Position numbers and translations under genes: made by a program. The notes beneath the pieces were generated by a model that saw nothing but the letters and a program-made list of their open reading frames with translations, had not been told where the DNA came from and made no database searches. From contig OX597815.1 in assembly GCA_951406725.2 (NCBI GenBank), positions 152,954,001 through 153,018,000 on the forward strand: a stretch of DNA of 64,000 nt. Reading direction: 5' to 3'. The stretch comes from Octopus vulgaris (lineage: Eukaryota). Of this stretch, positions 1 to 13,190 are shown piece after piece; the first letter of the stretch is position 1; each line of letters starts with the position of its first letter.

Positions 1-117
1 ATAATTTATTTACAATACGTGTTGATCGAACGAATTTTCATTGGTTGAATAAGTCGTTTAAACGCAAAACTTGAAGTGCTAGTCAACTATTTCTATCTCA
101 CTGCCTTTCACTCACTG

Positions 118-260
<143 letters not shown>

Positions 261-330
261 ATATAAATATACGCACGCATACACACATGCACAAACATGC
301 GCGCGCGCATCCACATCTATATATATAACA

Positions 331-644
331 TATTCTTTTACTCTTTTACTTGTTTCAGTTGACTGCGGCCATGCTGGAGCACCGCCTTTAATCGAGCAAC
401 TCGACCCCGGGACTTATTCTTTTGTAAGCCCACTACTTATTCTATCGGTCTCTTGCCGAACCGCTTGGTAACGGGGACATAAACACACCAGCATCGGTTG
501 TCAAGCAATGCTAGGGGGACAAACACAGACACACGCATATATATAAAATCCACTCACAAGGCTTTGGTCGGCCCGAAGCTATAGTAGAAAACACTTGCCC
601 AAGGTGCCACGTAGTGGGACTGAACCCGGAGCCACTCCTGCGCC
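331..644 (-). mobile_element. tRNA-derived SINE family A (internally deleted head)
   Basis: Matches other in-window copies: GGCGCAGGAGTGGC head, B-box GGTTCAGTCCC, CORE-like GGCACCTTGGGCAAGTG, internal microsatellite, GTAAAAGAGTAAAAG tail. Confidence 0.9.
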
Positions 645-880
645 TACGTATTTATATACACACACACACAGAGGAATACATACATGTTTATTTATACACA
701 CACACTCAGTGGAATAGGTATACGTTTCTTAACGTTGAACGAATGAGTAAGGAGTAGTCAATACATGTAGAGGGTACTGTATTTTAAAAATAAAAACTGA
801 AGTTGAGAGTCTGTCTCGCGACTCGAGTTTCATGCCAGTGCGATCATTAGGCGAAACTAACATGACTATTGGTGGTGGTA

Positions 881-944
<64 letters not shown>

Positions 945-1046
945 TGGAGTAAGCACACAAAATGTGAAACAAGGTGGAAAAAAGTACTCAAATACCAGAG
1001 GCAGAGTAATATGCTTTATTTAAAAGCAACAGAAATGTAACAAAAG

Positions 1047-1084
1047 CTGTTACTCAGGGTTTCACGATCCCGTTCGTCGGACAA
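1047..1084 (-). ncRNA. Minimal hammerhead ribozyme-like motif (U4C core) in a short TA-flanked repeat (942-1090)
   Basis: Minus: tgt-CCGACGA-acg ggat cgt-GAAA-ccctgag-TA-aca. Confidence 0.55.
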
Positions 1085-1264
1085 ACTTTTAAATAAAGTA
1101 TATATATATATATATATATATTATGGAGATGTACTTGCATAGCGAGTGACTTGATCTGAGATCGTGTGCTGGAACGAAAACAATTGCAGCGTGGAAGGTG
1201 TTTATAAGCCATTTAAGAAACACACAAAAACCGTTAGATTCACTTCAACATTTAAATTTAATTA

Positions 1265-1309
1265 ATCAAAATATTTTCGTCGCTTTGAGACCGCAACCTG
1301 TTCACTGAC
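1265..1309 (-). ncRNA. Minimal hammerhead ribozyme-like motif with G3-C8 core
   Basis: Minus: gtca-GTGAACA-g-gttgc ggtctcaaa gcgac-GAAA-atat-TT-tgat; stems I and II plus palindromic stem III (AATATT) can form. Confidence 0.6.
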
Positions 1310-1359
1310 AAAACTTGATGCAGCACGAAGTTTTGTCAGTGAACAGGTTGCGGTCTCAA
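1285..1359. repeat. Perfect inverted repeat, 32-bp arms, 11-nt spacer
   Basis: 1285-1316 TTGAGACCGC...AAAACTT vs 1328-1359 AAGTTTT...GCGGTCTCAA. Confidence 0.95.
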
Positions 1360-2619
1360 TAATATTTAATATTACCATTCAAGATTAATAAAATTTAGAA
1401 TAATTGTGTTGACAGGGTATCAGACTGAGCTAACAGTAGCGGGTTATGTAAATATTTCTTTTAAGAATTGCTAGTATGACCAATGATTTTTGTAGATAAT
1501 TATAAACAATTAAGTAGTTATTTTGAATTATTTGATCCTTTTGGTTTTAAAATGTTTGCATTAGATTCATGCATAGCCATGTGATTAAGACGTTTGTTGG
1601 TCAACACCTATTTTTCGAGTGCACTGCACAGTGACCAATACCTTGTGAGTAGAATTTGCAAGGCAGAAACTCCGCATTGAGATCGAATCTGGAACCACAT
1701 GGCAGCAACAGTAGTTTTATCGATCTCTATTTATCGAGTAGCTAAACTGTTGGTGTAAAGTGATGCAACTCGATGCATGGGTTTTCACCGGTATGTGTGT
1801 GTTTGTGTTTGTATGTACTGTTGTAAAGAAATGGATTAAGTAGCATCTCTTTATGTTACAATGTGACTTAGCTATTCGGTTACTAATAATCGATAAAATA
1901 AAGACCGGACTGGAATAGGTATTCGATTCGATGTGATTGACTAAAAGCTCGGGAATATAGTCAACAACATCACCGCAATCCAATGTTATCTATATTATAA
2001 CATAGGAAGCTACTTATAATAGCTTTGATGGTGCGATTTGTATTAAACAAAGTAATTTTTTAGGGCTATACTGTCTAGAAAATTCTTATAAATTCCAATT
2101 TTAGTATATTTTTTTTTTTATCAGAATGTGGTTTTCAAAATTATTTCATTATTGAGGATTTTACTTCATGATTCAATCAGAAAACTAATTTTTATTCACT
2201 ACAACATAGATTGCGTGTTTTTAACATCTCTGTTTAAACATCATCAGGGAGTATAAAGGTTGTCCAAATATTTGGAGTACTAATTTCTACAGACAAAGCA
2301 ATAAAAACATTTCTCCAAGTTATAACTTTAATCCAGCATCAGATGAATTATGTCGATTCTAGTATTCTTTCATATTTCTTGGGTGTTGTTGAAGATAAAC
2401 TGAATTCTCTTACCTGGCTAAGTTGTCAACATAACACCTGATTTCTTCATAGACTTTAACGTTGTCTTTGAGTGCTTGGTGTTATTATAATTTTTTTTTT
2501 TTACCGAGCAAGTCAATACTATTTAACGGACAAAGGATACAAAGGAAAATTAAACGTAACCTATGAGAAAAATTACACAAATTGGGAATCAAATGTGTAA
2601 ATATCATTTAGCGACCAGC

Positions 2620-2960
2620 AGAAAACCGGCCGGCTCACCGATCAGGAAAATCTGTAAGTGGCATAGCCACAGCGCATGTCTGCGTATTAGCTGCCATAGC
2701 ATGCCAAGCCCACCTTCCAGAGGTGGACTGCATGATCAGTGGAGTGCATCCTTTCAACAGGAAGCAGAAAAGTAAATGCTTCAACCTGGCCAAATGTGAA
2801 CTGGAGCAAGGCACAAGGGAAGCGATGTAAGCATTCGTCACTTCTGCTGGACCTTACGGGGGTAATTTTTTCTAGCTCATTTTCTAGTGATACTGGCCAT
2901 CCTGTTTGGAACCTTGTAGCCTTTCTGCTTGTAGCGATAAAAAATACATCGCACTGATTT
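2620..2960 (-). mobile_element. Tx1/L1-like LINE ORF2 fragment (post-RT region)
   Basis: TNAYIASLVPCSSSHLARLKHLLFCFLLKG aligns with ANAYIASV..VVPCP...KLERILFRFLWKG at 50006-50629. Confidence 0.75.
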
Positions 2961-4811
2961 ATAAGGAAAGCCTATTGCCCAATATTTAAAGAGAAGAAGG
3001 GGAGAAGTGGAAATGATGCAATGTCCACGCATTTCTGAAGAGTTTTGGTGACTTCAAAGTAGAAAACTAAAGTTACCCCAGTTGGGAATCGCGAAATTAT
3101 CTGTAGGACAAATTTTGCTACTAAAGTATCTGGTAGGTCGTTTTGAATTTCGTCACAGAGATGACTTTATTTTCAGAATAATATTGTTGAAGGAATATTG
3201 TACAAAGACTTAACTCTTAGAATATGGTGATTTAAGGATTGATTGAACGAATGCGTATAAGCTACTCTCTTCGTTTTTCTAAATTTAACGATCCAGTAAA
3301 CTACTGTAATGCCACGAACCAACATGGTTGCCACTGTGTGGTCATCTTATTTGCTAGCAAAAGCATAACCATACCCTATCATAATAGCATAAACATACAC
3401 TATGATCCTGGGTACATTATCCTTGAAAACAAAACAGGATAGTCACAGCTGGAACGTTTTCTTTTATCGTTGGTCTACTCGATCAAGCTAAACAATAACA
3501 CCTGCAACTTAAAATCACCATACAAACAAAACATTGTATATATACCTGGCTGTCATTCTACGAAAGTTAATCTTATTACCTGTACTGAATTCTGAAAACC
3601 GAACATTTTCACAAATACAACAAACCTACATTATCTGTCTCAAATATCAAAATGCCGGTCTTTGCTTCAAAACAGATATAACATAGTTGATTATCGTGTT
3701 GCTTTAAACAAGATTGAATATATGATGTTGTCACACACCAGAGAGATGTAAGGCATGCTCTAAGCCAGTAATTTAGGGACAGCACATGGAAATTCGCTTA
3801 GTAAGTTTTGTAATATTAAAATAGAACTAACGGCGGGATATATTTAGAGCTGCATTAGCCAATGCGGCCTTCATTTTATTTTTAAAACTTTGTCTATTCA
3901 AAGTATGTTAATAAGTTGATCCTAAACGTCCCTGTTCTTTTCAGACTTTTGGATTCGCCTTTGTTTTGTATGTTCTGAATAATATAAAGCCTTCCGTTCA
4001 TACGTCCCAAGTTACTCTCATAGTTGAAAAATATTGGGAATGTGTACCCTATATGAGAGAAATATGCCCTGTATATCACATGTCATACTCAGGTCGGGAA
4101 AAAAGGGTTTAACACGGTAGTACTGTATATGGTATGAAAGATTTGACTTCTGTTTCTAACTGGTCAAAAGACCATGTGAAGATCTTTCCGTTTGAGTTGT
4201 CAGAGAAGTTGTCTAACCGAGGGAAGCAGTTTCAAAATGGAATCGAACTGTGTTCAAGGCAACTCCTGGCTAGTTAGACACTCAAGTTTTTATACCCCAC
4301 TGTTTGACATTTATAGTATAAATTATATTAAAGAGGTGACAGACTACTGGAATACGATTAAAACACTCAGTGAAGTTATTAATTGAGACAACTAAGAGAA
4401 ACAAAACTCATAAAATGACCAACAGAAAGTAGATGAAATTAAAATGAAAAAGTACTGGTTATATGTGGGTCACTGTGAGGTCTGGACTAATCAGTACTTT
4501 TGATACTATTTCAGACATGTTTATTTCAACACGTCGATGAAAAGTTAGTTCAATTAACAGATAATTCAACACCTTTACAATTGTTACATGCATAAAACGA
4601 ATTTCTTGGCGTCATTCTTTTAATAGGTTATACAGAGACTAACACGAAAGCATCTTGCAATTATTGCTGTTTAAGAAAAATAACTCTAAACTTTCTTGAA
4701 AATTAAAAAAAAAAAAGATGTAAAGAAAGAAACTACATATTTTATTTTACTATCGATTTCAGTGTTATTAACAATTTACAGCTCATTAGAGATCTATCTA
4801 AAATTATTATA

Positions 4812-4877
<66 letters not shown>

Positions 4878-4902
4878 CATACATATATACACACAGACAT
4901 AT

Positions 4903-4955
<53 letters not shown>

Positions 4956-4960
4956 CATAC

Positions 4961-5002
<42 letters not shown>

Positions 5003-5004
<2 letters not shown>

Positions 5005-5414
5005 TCTCTTTTTATTATCTTTTACTTGTTTCAGTCATTTGACTGTGGCCATGCCGGAGCACCGCCTTTAGTCGAGCAAATCAACCCCAGGACTTATTTT
5101 TTGTAAGCCTAGTACTTATTCTCTCGGTCTCTTTTGCCGAACAGCTAGGTTACGGGGACGTAAACATAACACCATCGGTTGTGAAGCAATGTTGGGGGGA
5201 GCAAACACAGGCACACAAACATATACACACACATACATATACACACACACACACACATATATATATATACGACGGGCTTCTTTCAGTTTCCGTCTGCCAA
5301 ATCCACTCACACTCACAAAGCTTTGGTCAGCCTGAGGCTATAGTAAAAGACACTTGCTCAAGGTGCCACGCAGTGGTACTGAACCCGGAACCATGTGGTT
5401 GGTAAGCAAGCTAC
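5003..5414 (-). mobile_element. SINE family A, body (5' tip displaced to 7435-7472 by an insertion)
   Basis: Family A sequence stops at GTAAGCAAGCTAC and resumes at 7435. Confidence 0.9.
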
Positions 5415-7434
5415 CTTATTTCATCAAATTTGTCATGAAGACAGTACACAGATTAGGTAGCTTTGCGGGCTGGACAAGACATTAATGAGACGAATGATAA
5501 TAATACAAGATGATAAAGATGAGAGAAGATAGAAAGCGCCCGCCCTTCCCTGCTTCTCTGAAACATTGCTCGTTAAAAACAACATATATAGAGGTATTAT
5601 ACCTTTTACAAATATATACAAAAAAATTGGACTAGAAGTCCATCACAAAGGAAACAAATTTTATACATATGGAGGCGATAAACCTCTTACGTTACTCTCT
5701 CAATTAACTCTTTTGCGGCCTGCAGGTATTCCTGCAACCACCAATCAGAGCCAAAAAAAAAAAAGAAGTAATCTATATTCCTCTTTTGGGAAGGATCTTG
5801 ACTTGTGGAAAAAATCTTTTCTTTCCACTACCAGTGCAGCCACCTGCAAAGGCCACTCTGGACTGTTAATAAAAATCGGGTCCATCAGAACCCAACTATG
5901 AAGATTATTTTCCACATACTCTTCAATCGCCCCTCCCTTGCGATAGAGGAATGCAAATTCCTCACTTTCATTGAGAGGGACCTCAACTACCTCGCTCGGT
6001 GGCACACATCCCACCGTCAAGGTTTACTTGTTCTCCCCCTCCAGTGGCACACATTCCACATTTTTCATCTTCTTCTTTCCTCCGACATGTCCGGAGGTCC
6101 CTCCTCCCCTCCCGCCACCTCAGGATTCATCGTAGGAAACCATTGTTGCCCACCTTCTTTCTCTTAGTACCTTTTTTCGAGGAGATTACCCCCTCCTTGA
6201 CTTTCTCCCTCTCTCCCTCCAATGAAGGAGCAGGAGGCTCCATTGGGGGAACAGGGGGTTTACAGTCATCAATCAACTGTTCCAGGACCTTCACCTGGTC
6301 CCGGCAACCGTTCTTCTTCATGTGCCTTGATTCCAAGCACAGGTGACACTGGGGGTAGTGGTGGCGTCCTTTAATGATCACCGGGTGCCTGGAACCAGCC
6401 ATTGTCAAGAAATCTGGTAAACCCAGATCTTCGGCCGATTGGGCCCATAGGGTATTTTTACATTCAAGAGCCTGGCAGGGCTACCACCCAACCTCAGAGG
6501 ATAGAATCTTCTATCCATTCAGCCTCTATACAGGGTGGTAGCACACACACACCCAGGCTCTTGTCAATTTACGCCCACCATAAGTGGGGAGAAACAAAAT
6601 CTTCCTCTCATATATAGGTTGGCTCGCAAATTTCTGAGCCTCCGTAGAGGTGTCGAAAAGCACGCACACCGTTGCGTACATTGCACCCCTACTGATGAAC
6701 CTACAAGTTGGCACAAATCCCGCCAACTCTTCTTCAATTTCACTCTGAGGGAATACACAGATGCTGTCGCGGACCTTGCAATAGGTCCGCAACACCACCT
6801 GTTCTCTCATCATAGTTTTTTAACCACTCTTTGGGGGCCACAATTCGCCACTCCAAGGCTTTCTTACATTTGTTTGCCATTAATAAAATAAACTAAAGTA
6901 TAAAAGTCCACAACAAAATCAAAAATGTTCAGATAAAAGTCTCTAATGCAAACAAAAAAAAAAGAGCAGAAAGACAGACAAGAGAAAAAGAATGAAGGAA
7001 GACAGTTCAAATGACAACAAAATTCAACTCTGATAATCCTTCGTAGCACAGTAAAAAATCCCTTGCAGCACAAAAATAGCAGCAAAAAATTCCTGGTTGT
7101 ATTCCAAATGGTAAAATTCTTGTTGTACTCCAATTGGTAAAATCCACGAAGTGCACACAGTCACATAAAATCATAAATTTTCAGAAAGACACACCTCCCG
7201 AAAACGCACACAATTCTCACTAAAATGTGAGTCTTTTAGTACGACTACTGGCAAAGAAATGTCTGGAACTCAGTAGGGACCCTTGTTCGAAAAAATTATA
7301 ACCATACGTAAAACGGACTTCACTAAGGTCCCCAAAACCAAATGCTTTACTTGTAGTTGTACTTCAAATGTTCAATTTTTCACGTACGACGTGACTTCCA
7401 CTGCGACGAAAAACCACGCGACAACTTGGTAGCA
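5415..7434 (-). mobile_element. ORF1-only L1/Tx1-type non-LTR element with 13-bp TSD
   Basis: TSD GTAAGCAAGCTAC at 5402-5414 and 7435-7447; ~550-nt 5'UTR, disrupted ORF1 from ATG 6880 to ~5745 including a CCHC knuckle (CHLCLESRHMKKNGC), ~330-nt 3'UTR, no EN/RT. Confidence 0.8.
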
Positions 7435-7469
7435 GTAAGCAAGCTACTTACCACATACCCACTCCTACG

Positions 7470-7505
<36 letters not shown>

Positions 7506-7536
7506 CATACATACATGCATGCATTCATTCATTCAT

Positions 7537-7605
<69 letters not shown>

Positions 7606-7914
7606 GTTGCCGTACCTTAGTAGAGCTGAGAAAAAAAGTTGATTACTAATATTAGATAAGCGACACTTTTACTTATAGATGAGCGTGAATGAATGTATGC
7701 GCGTGTGATGTAAATTCTGATTTTATTTCGAAAATCTTTCATTAACAGAAAGATCCAATTTCCAAATCCGAAATAAGATTCTTTCATTGGATGACATAAA
7801 CTTGCCAAAGAAGTTGGAATCGTTATCTTTTATCTTTTACCTGTTTTAATTATTGAACTGCAGTCATGCTCGGGCACGACATAAAAGGGTTTAGTCGGAC
7901 AAATTGACCCCAGA

Positions 7915-8516
7915 CTCCATGTCTCTTATGCAGGCATCTTTGAAACAAAGATCACACATTTGCGTTCTCTTGCCGGATGACACTTTCTCATAGAACAAGT
8001 ATTTAAGAACACCTGCCACATCTCGCACTCGGTGTACGTAGTCCAGTAAGTGGAGATGTCATTGTCGCAGTAGGCCGAGCATGCTGGGTATCTGCGCGTG
8101 AGTTTGGACTTCATTGTCGGCATCATGATCAGTTCACTTGATGCCCTAGATCCACTTCAGGCTGCGTATGTGGAAGCAGGTGCTCTTGGTTTCATTGCCG
8201 TAAAGCAGCGTGCTGACTGTAGTCTTTGTTTGCATCGGTAGATTAATGTCCTCATAACTCTCGTTACCAGTGTAGCTAGTGTTGTGGTTGCTCTTTTAAG
8301 CCGTGTTGATTTCAGAGAGGTTGCCTGTGATCGTGGAGCCGAGGTATGTAAACTCATGGACTACCTTTAACTTGTAGAAGAGTGCTCAATACCTTGACCC
8401 AGTACTTTCGTCTTCTGATTGACCGTCAAGCCGAAGTTCCAACAGACTCTTGTGTAACTTTCCATGAGGTGTTGCAGTTGGTCCTCCGAATGTGTTGTTG
8501 ATACTGTATCATCTGC

Positions 8517-8520
<4 letters not shown>
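7915..8520 (-). mobile_element. Old RTE-clade LINE RT fragment
   Basis: FADDT..THSEDQLQHLM...FGLTVNQKTKVL, VVHEFTYLGSTIT, STLLYGNET, IPSMLGLLRQ; multiple stops; homologous to 60086-60860. Confidence 0.85.
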
Positions 8521-8560
<40 letters not shown>

Positions 8561-9334
8561 CATACATGTGAGTCAATTCGCTTACCTCATTTCCGTTTTA
8601 ATTATGCAAAATACACTACGCTATAATTATTCTTCATTCTTTTGGTATGTATATATTTAAGTATCATGTCTGCTGAAGTCAAGATAAGGCTACAGCTATA
8701 TTGATATCACTTAATGCGACAGAAACATGCATCAATAACTGTCCTCTTGTCTTGAGAAGAAAACTATAAAAACAAAAACATTCTTTTCTTTAATAACCTG
8801 TAAATTTTGGAGAATTCTTGATATTATCTCGCCTCTCCACTTTAGGTTGACCCTAGCTGCCACCAGATGTTATTTGTTTTGCTTTCACTGGAAGCAAAGA
8901 TAATTTCACTGAATAAAGAATTTATTTTGTACAGTATTTGATATAACTTGCTTCATAGCTTTTGTTCAAATTTGTGTCACGGGGGCCATTCCTGAGATTT
9001 TAAACTCTTATTTGTTGTTGTTGTTGTTGTTGTTGTGCGTGTGTGTGTGTATGTGTATCTATATGTGCATATATGTGTGTGCGTGTGTGTATGTATGTAT
9101 GTATGTATGTATGTATGTATGTATGTATGTATGTATGTATGTATGCATGCATGTATGCATGCATGCATGCATGTATGTATGTATGTATGTATGTATGTAT
9201 GTATGTATGTATGTATGTATGTATATATATGTATGTATACATACACACACTGATGTGCCTCTGTGTCTTTGGATTTGTGTCCCTCTTCCACTGCTTGACA
9301 AACAATGCTGGTTTGTCCTATACACCTGTAACTT

Positions 9335-10224
9335 AGGAGTTGGGGTATAAAAGGGGAGGCAAGGGGAGGAGGTTAGATGTAGAGGGGAGGAGAGTTGAGC
9401 CCATGTGGCGCAGAGGAGCGAAGAGAGAAGATTATTTCCTGTTCATGGCGCTAACGGGAGTCCGGATGGCCTCTGTGCAAGAACAAACCGAACACGGACA
9501 GGTGTTGCAAAGAGTGACCGATAGAGTGGAAATGGCGTGAGACCGGGATGTCATTGCCGAGGCGGATGTCCCGGAGGTGTTCCGCGAACCAGTCAGCCAA
9601 GCGGCGTCCCGTTTGTTCGATGAACAGAGAATGGCCAAGAGAGCAGGAGATGCAATAGATGATATTGGTAGAAGTGCAGGTGAAGGAGTCGGTGATGTGA
9701 TAGGATCGATGATGGGTGCCGGTGAGGAGGGTGGTGTTGGAGAAAAGGGCAAGTGCAGCAGCGTGGGCAGGAGCAGGGGAACGAGTCAGGCTGGGAGGTT
9801 GGGTTGAGGAAGAAGCTGTGGTCTCGTTTGAAGGAGGGGAGGGGTCGGTTAGGGAAGATGTGTGAAGTGGATGGGTCGGACTGGAGATGCCGGAAAGCTC
9901 GGAGAATGGTGCGCTGGAGAGGTAGGGTGGTGGTGGGGTGGTAGGTGAAGGGGAAAAGAGAGGCGGGAGACTGCAGGGAAGGTTCGGGGGAAGAGAGCAG
10001 ATGCACGGTCCACGGAACGTGCTCTGGCAAGGGCGGAGTGGATAGTGGTGAGGGGATATCCACGTAGGATGAAGTGGCGAGCCATGAGTTGAGACTGAGT
10101 CTCAAAGTCATGGTCGTCACTACAGAGCCTGCGTAGACGGAGGAATTGGGAATAGGGGATGGAAAGCTTGGTGTGTTTAGGGTGGGAGGAGGAGAAGTTG
10201 AGGTATGAGTGTGAGTCTGTGTTT
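9335..10224 (-). mobile_element. Penelope-like element remnant (Neptune-type): RT thumb, Cys linker, GIY-YIG endonuclease
   Basis: TDSHSYLNFSSSHPKHTKLSIPYSQFLRLRRLCSD..., CSCPRCCTCPF, CTSTNIIYCISC...QTGRRLADWFAEHLRDIR; frameshifted. Confidence 0.9.
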
Positions 10225-10252
10225 ATATATATATATATATATATATGTAGAA

Positions 10253-10375
10253 TGAGAACGTATTTGCGCATGCATGTGTATGTGTGAGACCGTCGGTCTA
10301 GGAAACACACACATATATATATGTTTCCTAGACCGACGGTCTCACACATACACATGCTTGCGAAAATACGCTCTC
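10253..10375. repeat. Near-perfect inverted repeat (~54-bp arms)
   Basis: GCATGTGTATGTGTGAGACCGTCGGTCTAGGAAACA vs TGTTTCCTAGACCGACGGTCTCACACATACACATGC around a CA/TA spacer. Confidence 0.9.
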
Positions 10376-11260
10376 TTTCTCTCACATCCAGGCATGTACA
10401 TTCACACACACAGACATCAACCCCACACACGCACATTCACAGACACACCCACACACGAGAGTCGATGTAGAGGACAGAACAGAGATGTAGCGTCAGTTCG
10501 TGGGGTAGAACGCCTTTGAATGGGACGTAACAGAGGAGGAGACATTACGTCAGTGTGGAGGACAGAATAGAATAGACAACGAGAACAAGACAAAAAAATA
10601 ACGAAAGAAGATATTGCATTGTGTTAAACAGCTTTATTCTAACGATATATAACTGACAATATTTCTGCCATCTCCGCCTCTTTTCTATATTGTTTCTATT
10701 CTTTCTGCTATTTCTGATATCTTCAATAGACAAACACGACATGATTTCTAACACCAGAGGCGGTAAACGACTTCGGATATTAACTTCCTATAATCTGGCC
10801 GTACAAAACAAAAAGATGATGTTGAAGCAGCTATTAAAACTTTGGATTATATTGGATGTTGTTAATACGTGTCGTTACTTATCTTCTAAGCTAAGCTTAG
10901 ATTTATATTTTCCCTCCTAAAATTGTATTTTATGTAGCTTTAATGTTTTCTCCTTTTGCTTTTAATTTTGTATATTTGTTCATTTACATAATTCTTCCCA
11001 AAGAATTTAAAAAATGATATTGAATAATAAAAATGAATATATTCAATGGAAATGACGTTCAGCAATATTAAAAAAATGACAGAAGCAACACTAACACACG
11101 CGTATAATCACACGGACATGTGCTGGTAGATAAGTGTCAGGTGGTGAAGTACTTGAAATAGACAGACTGCTTTAGAGTTCGAATCTTGGAAAGGCTGGTC
11201 AGGAGTTTCGTACATCTATATAAAGTATATTACTCTTTCTCTAATATTTATTTATATTAA

Positions 11261-11701
11261 GGCGGCGAGCTGGCAGAAACATTAGCACGCCGGTCGAGAA
11301 GCTTTGCAGCATTTTAGAACATCTTTATGTCCTGAATCCAAATTCCGCCGAGGTCGATTTTGCCTTTCATTCTTTCAGGATCAATAAAATAAGTACCAGT
11401 TGACGACAGGGATCGATGTAATTGACTTAGCCCCTCACCCGAAATAGCTGACCCTGTGCCAAAATTTGAAACCAATATTTATGTTAAGGTGGTGAGCTGG
11501 TAGAATCGTTAGCATGCCGGGAAAATGCTTAGCAGTACTTCGTCCATCTTTACGTTATGAGTTCACATTTCGCCGTGGTCGACTTTGTTTTTCATCCTTT
11601 CGGGGTCGATAAAATAAGTACCAGTTGAACACTGGGATCGATATAGTTGGCTCATCCCTTCCCCCAAAATTGCTGTCCTTGTGCCAAAATTTGAAACCAA
11701 T
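11261..11701 (+). mobile_element. Two tandem copies of tRNA-derived SINE family B (Meta-domain-like)
   Basis: GGCGGCGAGCTGGCAGAA head, GTTCAAATTCC-type B-box, GCCTTTCATCCTTTCGGGGTCGATAAAATAAGTACCAG-type core; copies at 11261-11476 and 11488-11701. Confidence 0.9.
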
Positions 11702-12006
11702 ATATATTCATGTTCTTTATTTTCCCGATTGTGGTTAAGGCCACATGGAGCACCATCTCCGTATGTAAATAAATGTATTGATTTGTTATATTGGCGTAAA
11801 GCCACAGATTATTTTTGAGTAGCGAACTGTAGATTATTCGACTGGTTTTTATTTTACCAAGCCCCAAAGAATGAAAGGCCATCGTCCCCTCGAAAGGATT
11901 TCAACTGAGAGCGTAAAGGTTTGCAATCAAAGATGACAAGTCATTTCATGCGATCCTTTATCTGGTCTGCTATCCATTTTCATATTTATTTTGAGCCACA
12001 CGTCCG

Positions 12007-12071
<65 letters not shown>

Positions 12072-12072
12072 T

Positions 12073-12112
<40 letters not shown>

Positions 12113-12234
12113 GTGTGTGTGTGTATGTGTGTGGTGTGTGTGTGTATGCGTGTGTCTGTGTGTCTGTGTGGGTGTGCGCGTATCTATATGTATGTACGTA
12201 TGTATGTATAAAAGCATCTTGCGACCCTATATAA

Positions 12235-12284
<50 letters not shown>

Positions 12285-12342
12285 AAAAAATGAAGTTCGA
12301 AAATGCTGCTGTATTATACAATTTTTAATTTTTATATATACA

Positions 12343-12384
12343 TTATAACATGTTTCAGTTCCTGAAATGAACCTTATCAAAAAA
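12343..12384 (-). ncRNA. Degenerate hammerhead-like motif with U3-A8 core
   Basis: Minus: TTGATAA-ggttc atttcag gaact-GAAA-catg-TT; stem I imperfect. Confidence 0.45.
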
Positions 12385-12720
12385 GTTATATATAAAAAAG
12401 ACAGCTCATGCCGTCAAACACAAGAAATTCATTTATAATACACAACGGAGTCAGACATCTTAGAGTTCATGTATAGTTGATATATAGTTCATGTATAGTT
12501 GATATATAGTTTGAAGTATATGTTCAAAGTGTTCGATGCAGTGGCCCACGGTGGCGATACGTATTCAATACAAAAAACAGATCAAAGTGGTGGAAAGCGG
12601 TCAATACAGAAGATTGATGTTTCCGAAAGAGCGAGGAATTCATTTTTACCTTAAGCAATTGTGATGACCCATGGTGGAAGTTCGCTGGGTGGTTCTAGTG
12701 AGTTTTTGTGAAATGCTCGG

Positions 12721-13190
12721 TTTTATAATGCCTGTTAGGTGGTCAATCTAGCGTAGCGTGACGTCATCAATGTTTTGACCAATCGTTTCGTTAGGTGGCT
12801 TTAATCAAGTAGAACGGGACGTCATCATTATTTTGACCAATCGCTGCATTATAACTCCCTCTTGTTTGTTTCCTGTTTTGACCAGTCGCTTCGTTAGTCA
12901 AGTAGAACGGGACGTCATCATTATTTTGACCAATCGCTGCATTATATCTGCCTCTTGTTTGTTTCCTGTTTTGACCAGTCGCTTCGTTAGTCAAGCAGAG
13001 CGGGACGTCATCCAGATTCTGCCCAATCACGACTTATAGCTACATTAGATCTGCCCCCTGTCTGTACTTGTTAGGTGACTATTCAAGCAGAAAAGGACGT
13101 CATCAATATTCTGACTAATGACTGTCCCCTGTTTGTATCCTGTCCATTCTAGCAGAGCTAGACGTCATCAACTTGTTGACCAATCAGAAT
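12721..13190 (-). promoter_or_regulatory. Array of six CRE-like + CCAAT-like modules (93-bp tandem units) followed by TATAAAA
   Basis: GACGTCATC at 12760, 12818, 12911, 13004, 13097, 13161, five followed by CCAATC; perfect TGACGTCA 12759-12766; TTTTATA 12721-12727. Confidence 0.55.

Noticed and set aside
2405-2490. Minus-strand exon ending CAG|GTAAGA
   Set aside because: No clear acceptor; the translation (RCYVDNLAR) looks like decayed LINE C-terminus
3575-3600. 12-nt minus-strand microexon (tttcag|AATTCAGTACAG|gtaata); similar candidates at 13620-13645 and 22815-22930
   Set aside because: Such splice-like matches are expected by chance; unsupported without RNA data
12808-13190. CRISPR-like repeat-spacer array
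   Set aside because: The spacers are homologous to each other (tandem duplication), the context is eukaryotic and there are no cas genes
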